This document shows positions 26,376-35,284 of a stretch of 64,000 nt of DNA, in pieces. The stretch spans positions 9,130 to 73,129 of the forward strand of contig JACKCJ010000011.1 in NCBI GenBank assembly GCA_020634075.1, read 5' to 3'. The notes beneath the pieces were generated by a model. It was not told the origin of the DNA, ran no database searches, and saw nothing but the letters and a program-made list of their open reading frames with translations. The position numbers and the translations under genes were made by a program. Source of the DNA: Dehalococcoidia bacterium. GTDB taxonomy: Bacteria > Chloroflexota > Dehalococcoidia > UBA2979. The first letter of the stretch is position 1. Each line of letters opens with the position of its first letter.

Positions 26376-28733
26376 CTAGGGCTGAGGTGACGGCTCGTTC
26401 GCGACGAGGTCCTTCACCGCCTTGAGCAGCTGGCGCGTCGTGAACGGCTTCTCCAGGTAGCGGATCGTGTCCGCGTCCAGCGCCCGCGAGTTCGGCTCGC
26501 CCTCGATGTCGCCCGTTACGAATAGGACGCGGTGTTCGAGTTCGGGCCAGCGCCGCTGGATCTCCCCGTAGAGCGTGGCTCCGTCCATGCCGGGCATCCG
26601 CAGGTCCGTGATCACGAGGTCGAACGTGCCCTCGTCCAGCACATCGAGCGCTTCGTCGCCGCTTTCGGCCGTCTCCACGGCATAGCCGGTGGCGCTGAGA
26701 ATCTCCCGCGTGAGCGCGCGCACGGCGCCCTCGTCGTCCACCACGAGGATGCGCTTCCGGGCTGTGTCCGTGGAGACGAGCGTCGTCGGCGGCGTGGTCA
26801 CCCCCGCAGCGTCCGACCTCCGCCCGGCCGTCCTGCCGTCGGTCCTGTCGTCTCGCGGGACGGGAAGTTCCACCACGAAGGTCGCGCCTCCATCTGCGTT
26901 CTCTTCGACCCAGGTGCGGCCACCGTGATGGCTCACGACGCCGTACACGATCGCGAGGCCCATCCCCTGGCCGAGCCCCACCTCGCGGGTCGTGAAGAAG
27001 GGCTCGAAGATGCGCGACCGGAGCTCTTCCGCCACGCCGGGACCGTCGTCCGCGAACGCGACGTAGACGTGGTCGCTCTCCTGCCACGTGCTGACGATGA
27101 CCTCGCCACCGCGCCCCTGCAGGGCCTGGTGCGCGTTGTTCAGGAGGTTGAGGAACACCTGCTCGAACTGCCCCTCGTCGATGAGCACCTCGGGCACGAG
27201 GCCGAGACGCGTCACGACGTGGACATCGTCCATCTCGAGGGCGTACCGGCGCAGGTCGATGACGCGGCGCAGCATCTCCTCGACGTTCACGAGGTGGCGC
27301 TGGCCCGGCCGCTGGCGGGCGAAGGAGAGCAGGTTGCGCACGATCCGGGCGGCCCGCTGCGCCTCGTCCTCGATCGTGCGGAGCGCGTGCTCCCGCTCGG
27401 TGCCCTCGAGGCCGCTCAGGATCTGGGCGTACCCGAGGATCGCCGTGAGGGGGTTGTTGAGCTCGTGGGCCACGCCGGCGACCAACTCGCCGAGCGACTC
27501 GAGCCGGTTCCCGGCGAGGGGGCCATCCTCGACGCTCGCCGGCGGGTGGTGCTCGACCGGCGCGACCGATGGATCGAGCGCACCGAGTGCCGGTGGCAGC
27601 GGAGGCGTTGGCATCGGCGCCTCGAGGTCGTGCGGGGCACGGGAGGCGTGGGGCATCTCGACACGTTCGCGGGCGATCGCGTCTCCGAGTCGCCGCACGG
27701 TCCGCTCGGCGGCGAGCGCCTCGGCCGCGGTGAATGCCAGTGAGCCGGTGCGGAACAGCGCCAGCGCACCGATGACCTCGGCCCCGGCGTACAGCGGCAC
27801 GAGCACGCGAGAGCGGAGCCCGAAGGCGGGCAGCCGGTCGAGCGGGCTCGCACCCGAGGCGACCAGCTCGCCGAGGAGTGACGGCTCACCCGAGGTCCGC
27901 ACCAGCGCGAGGTCCGGTTCCAGCGGCGCCCAGCGGCGTCCGCGGGAGACGCCCGCCATCGGGGTCGGGTAGGTGGCGAGGACCTCGGCCGCGGTTCCCT
28001 CGGGGGCCGCGACGAAGCGGATCACCGCCGCCCACTGGAACCCGATCGAGGACTCGATCGCCTGGAGGACGGACCGGGCGACGGCCATCGGATCGTCGAG
28101 GTCGTGGATCGCCTCATAGGCGCTCACCAGCGCCCGCAGATCTTCGGAGAGAGGCTCGTCGGTCCGCGGCGCCTCGCTCAGCGAGCGCGCCGGCTGACGG
28201 GGCTCAGGAGGGCGGGGGCGCGGTGGTGGCGCGAGGGGGGCGGCTCCGCGGGTGTGCGACGGCGCGGCGGTCACCGGCTGCAGGCTCATCACGACGAGGT
28301 CGGAGGAGCGGGCCACCGGCGCGACTGCTGCGTTGAGGGTTACCTCGTCGCGCGCGTAGCGGAAGCGGAGCGAGCCTTCCCACGTGCCGCCACTCGTGAT
28401 CGCGTCGCGCGCCGCGTGGACATCGGCGGCGTCGGGCTGGGCGAGGAGGGAGGCCCACTCGCGACCGGCGAGGGCATCGGGATCCGGGGCACCCAGAAGC
28501 TCGCAGGCACGGCGCTCCGCCGTCACGACGTTGCCGTCCCGACGCACGATCAGCCAACCGGACGGATCCTGGGTCCGCCGCCCGCCCGCACCGTCAGTCA
28601 TGTCGCCCCGGGGCCCCGCGGCGGCTCCGAAGTCATGCGGAGCCGACCCGGGGCCGTGGTGAGCCCGGTCTGCCATAACTCTATCGTCGGTATTCGACTC
28701 CAGCCGAACACCCCGCCCCGAAAACACTGGCAA
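26376..28733 (-). CDS. PAS/GAF sensor hybrid histidine kinase with C-terminal receiver domain
   Basis: H-box GVAHELNNPLTAILGYAQ. NLLNNAHQA, DDGPGV, GLGQGMGLAIV. Receiver domain ILVVDDEGA...VITDLRMPGMDG...EKPF. The exact start is uncertain. Confidence 0.88.
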   Translation of the reverse strand: MPVFSGRGVRLESNTDDRVMADRAHHGPGSAPHDFGAAAGPRGDMTDGAGGRRTQDPSGWLIVRRDGNVVTAERRACELLGAPDPDALAGREWASLLAQPDAADVHAARDAITSGGTWEGSLRFRYARDEVTLNAAVAPVARSSDLVVMSLQPVTAAPSHTRGAAPLAPPPRPRPPEPRQPARSLSEAPRTDEPLSEDLRALVSAYEAIHDLDDPMAVARSVLQAIESSIGFQWAAVIRFVAAPEGTAAEVLATYPTPMAGVSRGRRWAPLEPDLALVRTSGEPSLLGELVASGASPLDRLPAFGLRSRVLVPLYAGAEVIGALALFRTGSLAFTAAEALAAERTVRRLGDAIARERVEMPHASRAPHDLEAPMPTPPLPPALGALDPSVAPVEHHPPASVEDGPLAGNRLESLGELVAGVAHELNNPLTAILGYAQILSGLEGTEREHALRTIEDEAQRAARIVRNLLSFARQRPGQRHLVNVEEMLRRVIDLRRYALEMDDVHVVTRLGLVPEVLIDEGQFEQVFLNLLNNAHQALQGRGGEVIVSTWQESDHVYVAFADDGPGVAEELRSRIFEPFFTTREVGLGQGMGLAIVYGVVSHHGGRTWVEENADGGATFVVELPVPRDDRTDGRTAGRRSDAAGVTTPPTTLVSTDTARKRILVVDDEGAVRALTREILSATGYAVETAESGDEALDVLDEGTFDLVITDLRMPGMDGATLYGEIQRRWPELEHRVLFVTGDIEGEPNSRALDADTIRYLEKPFTTRQLLKAVKDLVANEPSPQP

Positions 28734-28757
28734 CCAGGGATCACCGTTAGGTTTGCC

Positions 28758-29411
28758 CTAATTGCGCCGTTCAAGTGCAGCCCACCGTTGCGCGACAACG
28801 GCGGCGGCTTGTTCATGGGTGGCGGAGACGATAGTCGTCAGGATGTCGTCAGCCAGTTCGAAGCGGCGACGCACGTTCAGCGTCGCCAGCATCTGCTGCA
28901 ACTGCCTGTCGGTCAGAAGGCCCCGCCCAAGCGCACCGACCCGGTCCGCGAGGGCGCCCGGTGAGGCGGGCAACTCGACGTCGCGGTGGTACTCATTCGC
29001 GATCGTATCCCGAAGTCGATAGAGCTGCCTCAGGCGTTCCCTGACGACCTCCAGCGCCTCATCGGACACGTCGCCTGCCTCGTCCACCGGGTACTCCACG
29101 TCGGCGCTGAGGTAGGGGCGGTCGTCGTAGAGCTGCGCGACGCGGAAGCGTCGGACGCCCACGCACTCCAGCGCGAGCCGCCCGTCCCGCGTCGGCGACA
29201 CGCGCCTGATGCGTGCAGTGCAGCCGACGGGGTGTGGCACCGCGGGGCCGCCGACCTCGGCGCCCTCGCGGATCAGGGCGACGCCGAACGGCTCGCGTGT
29301 CTCCAGGCACTCCGCGACAAGCGTGCGGTAGCGCTCCTCGAAGACCTGGAGGGACAGGTCCATGCCCGGGAAGAGCACCGTGCGCAGGGGAAAGAGCCGC
29401 AGGCGCGTCAT
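28758..29411 (-). CDS. Lon protease N-terminal (LON substrate-binding) domain protein
   Basis: Start MTRLRLFPLRTVLFPGMDLSLQVFEERY. The start overlaps the stop of the upstream gene. Confidence 0.8.
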   Translation of the reverse strand: MTRLRLFPLRTVLFPGMDLSLQVFEERYRTLVAECLETREPFGVALIREGAEVGGPAVPHPVGCTARIRRVSPTRDGRLALECVGVRRFRVAQLYDDRPYLSADVEYPVDEAGDVSDEALEVVRERLRQLYRLRDTIANEYHRDVELPASPGALADRVGALGRGLLTDRQLQQMLATLNVRRRFELADDILTTIVSATHEQAAAVVAQRWAALERRN

Positions 29412-29791
29412 CAGCCCTCGCCCAGCGCGCGCAGGAGGATGATCAGTCCCACCACGACGGCGGTTGTGAGGACCATCCCCGCTGCCGTGAGTGACTGCGA
29501 GAGCCACCAGTGCTCCTCGTAGCCCTCGACCTGCCACCCGGACGCCTCGAGGGCGCCCTGCGCCTCGGCGAGGTCGTTTCGTCGCACCTCGATCGCGAAA
29601 CGGCTGACCATCGGCGCTCGGTCCGGCAGGACCTGGTAGCCGACGGTGGTGCCGACGCCCGGGCGCTCCGAGCTGTGCGTGCGGATGCGCGCGTAGATGC
29701 CGCGGTCGGCGAACCAGTCCTGGAGGTCGTTCGCATGCGTTGCGTCGGCGAACTGGGCGACCTCCACCCAGCGGACCCAGGGCGGGATCAT
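29411..29791 (-). CDS. Small protein: alpha/beta N-domain (DUF2007-like) plus C-terminal TM anchor; paralog of the next gene
   Basis: VEVAQFADATHANDLQDWFADRGIYARI ... FAIEVRRNDLAEAQGALEASGW ... TM helix AAGMVLTTAVVVGLIILLRAL. Start and stop overlap on both sides. Confidence 0.6.
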   Translation of the reverse strand: MIPPWVRWVEVAQFADATHANDLQDWFADRGIYARIRTHSSERPGVGTTVGYQVLPDRAPMVSRFAIEVRRNDLAEAQGALEASGWQVEGYEEHWWLSQSLTAAGMVLTTAVVVGLIILLRALGEG

Positions 29792-30183
29792 CCGGTCGCG
29801 ATCCGCAGGAGGATGAACAGCCCGATGCCGACCAGCGTGCAGAGCGCGGCGATCACGAGCTGGCGTGTGCTCGACTGCCCCGGGCCCAGCGTGCCTCGGC
29901 CGCCCCGCAACCCCTCCCGGCCGTCCCAGCCCGCGTCCACGAGGGCGCTCACGGCGAGGTCGCGCTGCTTCGGGGGGAGCGTGACGAGGTAGACGAACTC
30001 GGGCGGCCGGACGCCGAGGACCCCCACGAGCGGGGAGCGCGCGGGGTCACCGATCTGCGCGTCCGTGATCTCGATGAGCGCATCGACGCCCGCGTCCTGC
30101 AGGGTCGCCGCCCAGCCCTCCGCCTGCTCGACGTTCGATGTCACGAGCAGCGGCCGCCGTTCCGGCGGTGCGTCGGTATCCAT
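29788..30183 (-). CDS. Small protein: alpha/beta N-domain plus C-terminal TM anchor; paralog of the previous gene
   Basis: LLVTSNVEQAEGWAATLQDAGVDALI ... YLVTLPPKQRDLAVSALVDAGW ... TM helix LVIAALCTLVGIGLFILLRI. Same architecture as 29411..29791. Confidence 0.6.
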   Translation of the reverse strand: MDTDAPPERRPLLVTSNVEQAEGWAATLQDAGVDALIEITDAQIGDPARSPLVGVLGVRPPEFVYLVTLPPKQRDLAVSALVDAGWDGREGLRGGRGTLGPGQSSTRQLVIAALCTLVGIGLFILLRIATG

Positions 30184-30234
30184 GAAGGCATGGTAGCGAG
30201 CGGAGAATGGAATCCGATTGGAACTGGAGTCGTC

Positions 30235-30903
30235 TCAGGCCGGCGGTGCGTCACCGTACGCCGAGCGACGATCCGGCCAGAGGGTGGCCGGCAGCTCGTT
30301 CCAGCCCTCGATGAGCCGCGGGATCGCCCAGCCCGCGTCCGGCATCCATTCCGCCAACGATCCGTCGAACGGGTGGTCGCGGCGCTCGAGGATCTCCAGC
30401 GCCCGCTCCGCCGTCGCCCGCACCCGCTTCGCGAAGTCGGGGACGTAGACGCCGTTCGCGGCGCGCTCGGCGAGCTGGTCCTCGTCCTTCCAGACCCACG
30501 ACAGGTCCGGCTGCACGACTACGTCGAGCGTGTGGTCGTTCGTGTCGACGCCGATCGGTGTGCGGCGGAAGGGCTCCTCGACGTTGATGTAGTAGCCGTG
30601 GAAGACGCGCTCGCCGTCCTCGTCCCGCCACGAGAGCCAGATCGAGTAGTCCTCGCCGGGGTACATGAGACGGAGCGTGTCGCGTCGCCAGGGGATGTCG
30701 ACGAGCTCGCGCGTGACGGGCTGGCCCATTGAGTCGCGGACACCGCGCCACTGCTTCGTGACCGCGCCGTTCGGGATGAACAGCGCGAGCAGGTCATCGC
30801 GATCCTCGACGACGCGGGCCGGCCACGACATGCCCGGGCGCTCCTGGCGCGTGATGTAGCGCAGGACGACTTCGTCGCCCGGCTGCCACCGCGCTTCGGT
30901 CAT
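30235..30903 (-). CDS. DUF402 (FomD-like) domain protein
   Basis: Start MTEARWQPGDEVVLRY. YSIWLSW...FHGYYINVEEPFRR...DHTLDVVV. Begins 7 nt after the NuoG-like stop. Confidence 0.6.
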   Translation of the reverse strand: MTEARWQPGDEVVLRYITRQERPGMSWPARVVEDRDDLLALFIPNGAVTKQWRGVRDSMGQPVTRELVDIPWRRDTLRLMYPGEDYSIWLSWRDEDGERVFHGYYINVEEPFRRTPIGVDTNDHTLDVVVQPDLSWVWKDEDQLAERAANGVYVPDFAKRVRATAERALEILERRDHPFDGSLAEWMPDAGWAIPRLIEGWNELPATLWPDRRSAYGDAPPA

Positions 30904-30910
30904 CGGGGGC

Positions 30911-33448
30911 CTACGCGGGCTGGAGGGCCCGGACCTGCACGGCGGCGACGCCACCGGCGAGGCCGTCGAGGCCGAACAGCGAGAGGACCGCGCCGCCGTC
31001 GTAGTACTGCGGCACGTAGACCTGGCCGGCCGGGACGCCATCGTCGAGACGGACGGCGATGCGGACCGATCCGCGGTCGTTCGCCAGCTCGATGACCTCG
31101 CCGTCGCGCACGCGGGCAGCCTCGGCGTCCACCGGGTTCACCCACACCGCTTCCTCGCGGTGGAGCTTGTCGGCCTCCTCGGAACGGATCGAGGAACCCT
31201 CCCACGAGTGGTAGAGCGAGCGGCTCGTCACGATCGCGAGGCCGGTGCCGGCGGCCGGGGCGGCGCCCACGGGCTGCTTCGCGGCCTTCGAGGCCTCACC
31301 GACGACGCGCGTGCCGGCGGGGTTCGTCCCCAGCGCGGCGGCCGTCGGGTAGCCGCTGGTCGCAGCCGCGACGGCGTCCGTGACGTCCTCGGTCGTGCCG
31401 TAGGTCAGGTTCGCGCCCAGGCCGTTGGCCAGCGCGGTGAGGACGTACAGGCCGGGGACGGTCTGCTGCTCCGGCTTGCGGGCCGGGTGGTGCCGGAAGA
31501 CGTGGCCATCGGCGTTCGTCGTGGTGCCGTCGTCGGCGTGGAACGCCGCCTGCGGCAGCACCACGGTCGCGGACTCGGCCGCCGTGGAGCGGACGGAGTC
31601 GATGACGATCAGGGAGTCGAGGGCGTCCAGCGCCGCCTTCACCTCGGGCGTGCCCGGGGAGGTCAGCAGCGGGTTGTCGGCGTGGAGGATGACCGCCTTG
31701 ATCGCGCCCGACTTCGCGGCCGCGACGATCTCGGTGAAGGACTTGCCGTTCGCGCCGGGGCGCAGGCCGGCGTCGTGCGCCCCGCGGACGTTCGCGTCCG
31801 TCGGCAGGTAGAGCAGGTGCTCGGCCGCGCTCTCGCCTCGGAGCGTGATCGCGAGGTTCGCGGCGGCGGCGGCGAAGTCAGCGGCGTAGGCGCCGAAGTG
31901 GTCCTCGGGCGCGAAGATCACCGTGGCGCGGGACTCGACATCGCCCTTGGCGGCGTTCACGGCGGCGACGGCCGCCTCCCACTGGAGGGCGTCGATGCCG
32001 GCCGGCGCCGCAGCGCCGTCCGCGAGCGCCTGCGCGACCGTGGCCTCCTGGCCCGGGCGCGTGCGCAGCACGGCGGTGGCGAAGCGGTCGAGCTCACTCC
32101 AGGTGGGCGAGATCAGGACGATGGCGGCGCCGCGCTTCACCTTGGCGTCGCGCATGCGCAGCGAGGCGACCTGGTGCGACTCCTCGAGGTCGCGCGCGAT
32201 CGCGATGATCGTGTCGCTCTTCTCGATATCGGCGAGGTTCGAGGGCAGGCGGTCGGTGCCGAAGGCGGCGGTCAGCGTGTTGCCGACCGCGCGGTGGACG
32301 GCGCCGGTGGTGAAGTCCACGTTCGGCGTGCCGAGCAGGCGGGCGATGCCGGAGAGGACGAACGCCTCCTCGGTGGTGCCGATCGGCGAGCCGAGGACGG
32401 CAATCGCCTCCGCGCCGGCGGACTGCTTCACCTTCGTGACTTCCTCGACGGCGCGCTCCAGGGCGTCCTCGAAGGACGCGGGGATGAGGCGTTCGCCGGC
32501 GCGCACGAGGGCGCGCGAGAGGCGCTGCTTCTCCGGGATGGCGTCGTAGTGGAAGCGGCCGCGGACGCAGATCTGGTCGCGCGAGGCCGGGTTCACGCGG
32601 TCCGGCCGGACGATCGTCGGGCCGAAGTCGTCGTTGATGCCGTAGGAGAGCGTGCAGCCCATCGAGCAGCCGTTGCAGACCGAGTTCGTCCACTCGTCGG
32701 CGCGGCCGACCCACTTGTTGGGCTTCTCCATCAGGGTCGCCGTGGGGCAGACGTCGATGCAGGCGCCACAGAAGTCACAGTCGGACTCGTGGATCTGGCC
32801 GCCGGTGCCGAAGGCGATCATCGTCGTGTGACCCTTGCCGGAGAGCGTCACGGCGCCGGTGTGGCGCAGGTCGCTACAGGCACGGACACAGCGGGTGCAG
32901 ATGATGCACATCTGCGGGTCGAACTCGAGGTACGGGTTGCCGCGGTCCGGCTCCGGGGGCGGCGTCTCGTAGTACGAGCGCGCCTCGCCCACCCACGGCT
33001 CTTCGAAGTCGCCCTGGTCGACGATCTCGCAGGAGGTCTGGAGCTCACAGCGGTAGTTCTTGGAGCAGGTGAGGCAGCGGTGCGTCACCACGTCGTCGCG
33101 GAGGCAGATGTCGCCCGGCATGCAGTGCACGCGGCGGTGGCAGGTGAGGCACCGGTCCGGGTGGTTCGCCAGGATCATGGACATGACCGACTGGCGGGTG
33201 CGCTTCGTAGCCTCGGTGTCGGTGGTGACCACCATGCCCTCGGCCACCTGCGCGACGCAGGAGAGCTGGAGGTTGGTCGGGCGTCCGCCCTCGATCTCCA
33301 CGATGCAGGTACGGCAGCCGGCGTACGGCTCGAGGCCGTCGATGTAACAGAGGTTCGTGATCGCGATGCCCTGGTCCTTGATCACCTCGACCAGGCGACG
33401 GCCCGGCTCGGCGTCGACCGTGCGGCCATTAATGGTGATCTGGACCAC
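30911..33448 (-). CDS. NuoG-like / molybdopterin-oxidoreductase-family Fe-S subunit (NADH dehydrogenase 75-kDa-type)
   Basis: N-terminal 2Fe-2S ferredoxin fold ITINGRTVDAEPG...CYIDGLEPYAGCRTCIVEIEG. His/Cys cluster HPDRCLTCHRRVHC. 4Fe-4S motifs CIICTRCVRAC and CDFCGACIDVCP. CNGCSMGC starts the molybdopterin-type domain. 845 aa. Confidence 0.8.
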   Translation of the reverse strand: MVQITINGRTVDAEPGRRLVEVIKDQGIAITNLCYIDGLEPYAGCRTCIVEIEGGRPTNLQLSCVAQVAEGMVVTTDTEATKRTRQSVMSMILANHPDRCLTCHRRVHCMPGDICLRDDVVTHRCLTCSKNYRCELQTSCEIVDQGDFEEPWVGEARSYYETPPPEPDRGNPYLEFDPQMCIICTRCVRACSDLRHTGAVTLSGKGHTTMIAFGTGGQIHESDCDFCGACIDVCPTATLMEKPNKWVGRADEWTNSVCNGCSMGCTLSYGINDDFGPTIVRPDRVNPASRDQICVRGRFHYDAIPEKQRLSRALVRAGERLIPASFEDALERAVEEVTKVKQSAGAEAIAVLGSPIGTTEEAFVLSGIARLLGTPNVDFTTGAVHRAVGNTLTAAFGTDRLPSNLADIEKSDTIIAIARDLEESHQVASLRMRDAKVKRGAAIVLISPTWSELDRFATAVLRTRPGQEATVAQALADGAAAPAGIDALQWEAAVAAVNAAKGDVESRATVIFAPEDHFGAYAADFAAAAANLAITLRGESAAEHLLYLPTDANVRGAHDAGLRPGANGKSFTEIVAAAKSGAIKAVILHADNPLLTSPGTPEVKAALDALDSLIVIDSVRSTAAESATVVLPQAAFHADDGTTTNADGHVFRHHPARKPEQQTVPGLYVLTALANGLGANLTYGTTEDVTDAVAAATSGYPTAAALGTNPAGTRVVGEASKAAKQPVGAAPAAGTGLAIVTSRSLYHSWEGSSIRSEEADKLHREEAVWVNPVDAEAARVRDGEVIELANDRGSVRIAVRLDDGVPAGQVYVPQYYDGGAVLSLFGLDGLAGGVAAVQVRALQPA

Positions 33449-33507
33449 GGTTCCCCCAACCCCACATCACGAGCGCGGGAGCGGCGCTCCCGGCGCGCGA
33501 GTCAGTC

Positions 33508-34071
33508 TTAGTTGCGCTTGTCCGAGGTGTGACGCCCCGGCAGGCGCTGCGGCCCGAACGCCCCGCCGATGCCCGCGACGTCGACGCGCGAGCGCGCGGT
33601 CGGCATCGAGGTGCGGAGCGGGTTCTCCGCCTGCGTCTGGCCGTTCGGGTACCGGCCGTCCGTCTTGCGGAGGTACTCCTGCGACTCGCGCGTGAGCGAG
33701 TCGCGGTCGCGGTACATGTTCTCGAAGAGGTAGACCGCGTCGTTGTAGCGCCCACCGGCCTGGATGGCCTGGTAGGGGCACGCCTCGGTGCAGAGGCCGC
33801 AGTACATGCAGATGCGGAAGTCGATCTCGTAGCGGTCGATGCGCAGCGTGCCGTCCTCGCGCGGGGAGGTCTGCACGAGGATGCAGCCGTCCGGGCAGGC
33901 CTGGGCACAGGTGGAGCAACCGGTGCAGCGCTCCTCGAACCAGAGGAGGTTCGTGCGGGCGCGGACGGGCACCTCGCGCTGCTGCTCGGGGTAGTTCACC
34001 GTGATGGCGGGTCGGAACACATGCTTCAGCGTCAGAAGCATGCCCTTGGCGACGCCGAATCCGTACGCCAC
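33508..34071 (-). CDS. NuoI-like 2x[4Fe-4S] ferredoxin subunit
   Basis: TVNYPEQ, then CTGCSTCAQACP and CMYCGLCTEACP, in the NuoI/TYKY arrangement. Confidence 0.8.
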   Translation of the reverse strand: MAYGFGVAKGMLLTLKHVFRPAITVNYPEQQREVPVRARTNLLWFEERCTGCSTCAQACPDGCILVQTSPREDGTLRIDRYEIDFRICMYCGLCTEACPYQAIQAGGRYNDAVYLFENMYRDRDSLTRESQEYLRKTDGRYPNGQTQAENPLRTSMPTARSRVDVAGIGGAFGPQRLPGRHTSDKRN

Positions 34072-34255
34072 GACTGCTCGCTTCCCGTGGCGGGCAGCCT
34101 CGCGCTGATGGCTGCATCCGCCCTGCGCCCGGCAGCATACCGGACGGATCCCGCGAGAGATACCCGGTGTTCAGGCGGCAATCCTCGCGAGCTTCGTGCA
34201 GGCTATCACAAGGCGTGGGTGCCGAAACTCGCACACCTCGGAGTTTGAGGCGGAG

Positions 34256-34888
34256 CTACGCCCCGAGGGCCGCCTTCGCCGTCTCGTACGCCTCGCGTGT
34301 GTCCAGGTCGAGGCCCACGGTGGGGTCGTCGATGCGCACGCGCTCGACGCGCTTCTTCGCGAGGACGCCCCGGAGGCCCTCGGTGACCTCGCGCGCTTCG
34401 ATCAGTTCCGGCAGCAGCGCGCCGGAGATCAGCACCGGGTGCCCACCATGCTCGACGCCATCGCCGTCCCGGTAGACGGGTTGGACGGCGTCGGCGCCCG
34501 AGGAGCGCAGCGCCTCGACGAGCGTCCGGATGACCTCGACGGTGGTCGGCTGGTCGACGTTCTCGATGAGCACCGCGTCCGGACGCGGCTCGCGGTTCAC
34601 GATCCGCGCTCCGGCGACGAGGGAGGTCGAGCGGCCCTGCGCCCAGCGCGGGTTGAACACGAACGGCATCGCGACGGGGACCGCGCGGCGGATCTGCTGC
34701 GCATGCATCCCGATCACGACCGCGATGCGGCCGACCCCGGCCTCTCGCAGCACCTCGATCTCGTGGGCGAGGAGCGTCGACCCCTGCCACGGGAGGAGCG
34801 CCTTCGCGCGGCCCATCCGGGAGGATGCGCCCGCCGCCAGGACGATGGCGGCGACGTCCAGGCCGCCCCCGGTAGCGTCGGAAGTCAC
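34256..34888 (-). CDS. mocA: Molybdenum cofactor cytidylyltransferase (MobA/MocA-like nucleotidyltransferase)
   Basis: GTG start overlapping the upstream stop (GTGA). IVLAAGASSRMGRAKALLPW. Confidence 0.75.
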   Translation of the reverse strand: MTSDATGGGLDVAAIVLAAGASSRMGRAKALLPWQGSTLLAHEIEVLREAGVGRIAVVIGMHAQQIRRAVPVAMPFVFNPRWAQGRSTSLVAGARIVNREPRPDAVLIENVDQPTTVEVIRTLVEALRSSGADAVQPVYRDGDGVEHGGHPVLISGALLPELIEAREVTEGLRGVLAKKRVERVRIDDPTVGLDLDTREAYETAKAALGA

Positions 34889-35280
34889 GCCTTGGCCTTC
34901 GCCTTCCACTGCTCGACGGCCTGCGTCACCGCGGAGGCGGCGAGGACGGAGCAATGGATCTTCGCCTTCGGCAGGCCGCCCACCGCGTCGGCGTAGTCGT
35001 CGCGGCTCAGTGTCGCCGCGTCCTCCGGCGTCAGGCCGACGACGAGCTCGGTCGCGGCGGAGGAGGTGGCGATCGACGCCGGGCAGCCAGATGAGAGGAA
35101 CGAGGCACGCGCGACCACGCCGTCCTCGAACTTGAGGAAGATGCGGAGCGAGTCGCCACAGACGGGGTTCGTCACGAACGCCTCGGCGTCCGCGTCCTCC
35201 ATCGCCCCCGCGTTACGCGGGTTCTGGAAGTGGTCGATCAGGATCGCCGAGTAGACATCCGGCGAGAGTCGTTCTGCCAT
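34885..35280 (-). CDS. sufU: SufU/IscU-type Fe-S cluster assembly scaffold
   Basis: HFQNPRN, NPVCGDSL, SGCPASIATSS, KIHCSVLA. Confidence 0.85.
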   Translation of the reverse strand: MAERLSPDVYSAILIDHFQNPRNAGAMEDADAEAFVTNPVCGDSLRIFLKFEDGVVARASFLSSGCPASIATSSAATELVVGLTPEDAATLSRDDYADAVGGLPKAKIHCSVLAASAVTQAVEQWKAKAKA

Positions 35281-35284
35281 GCCG

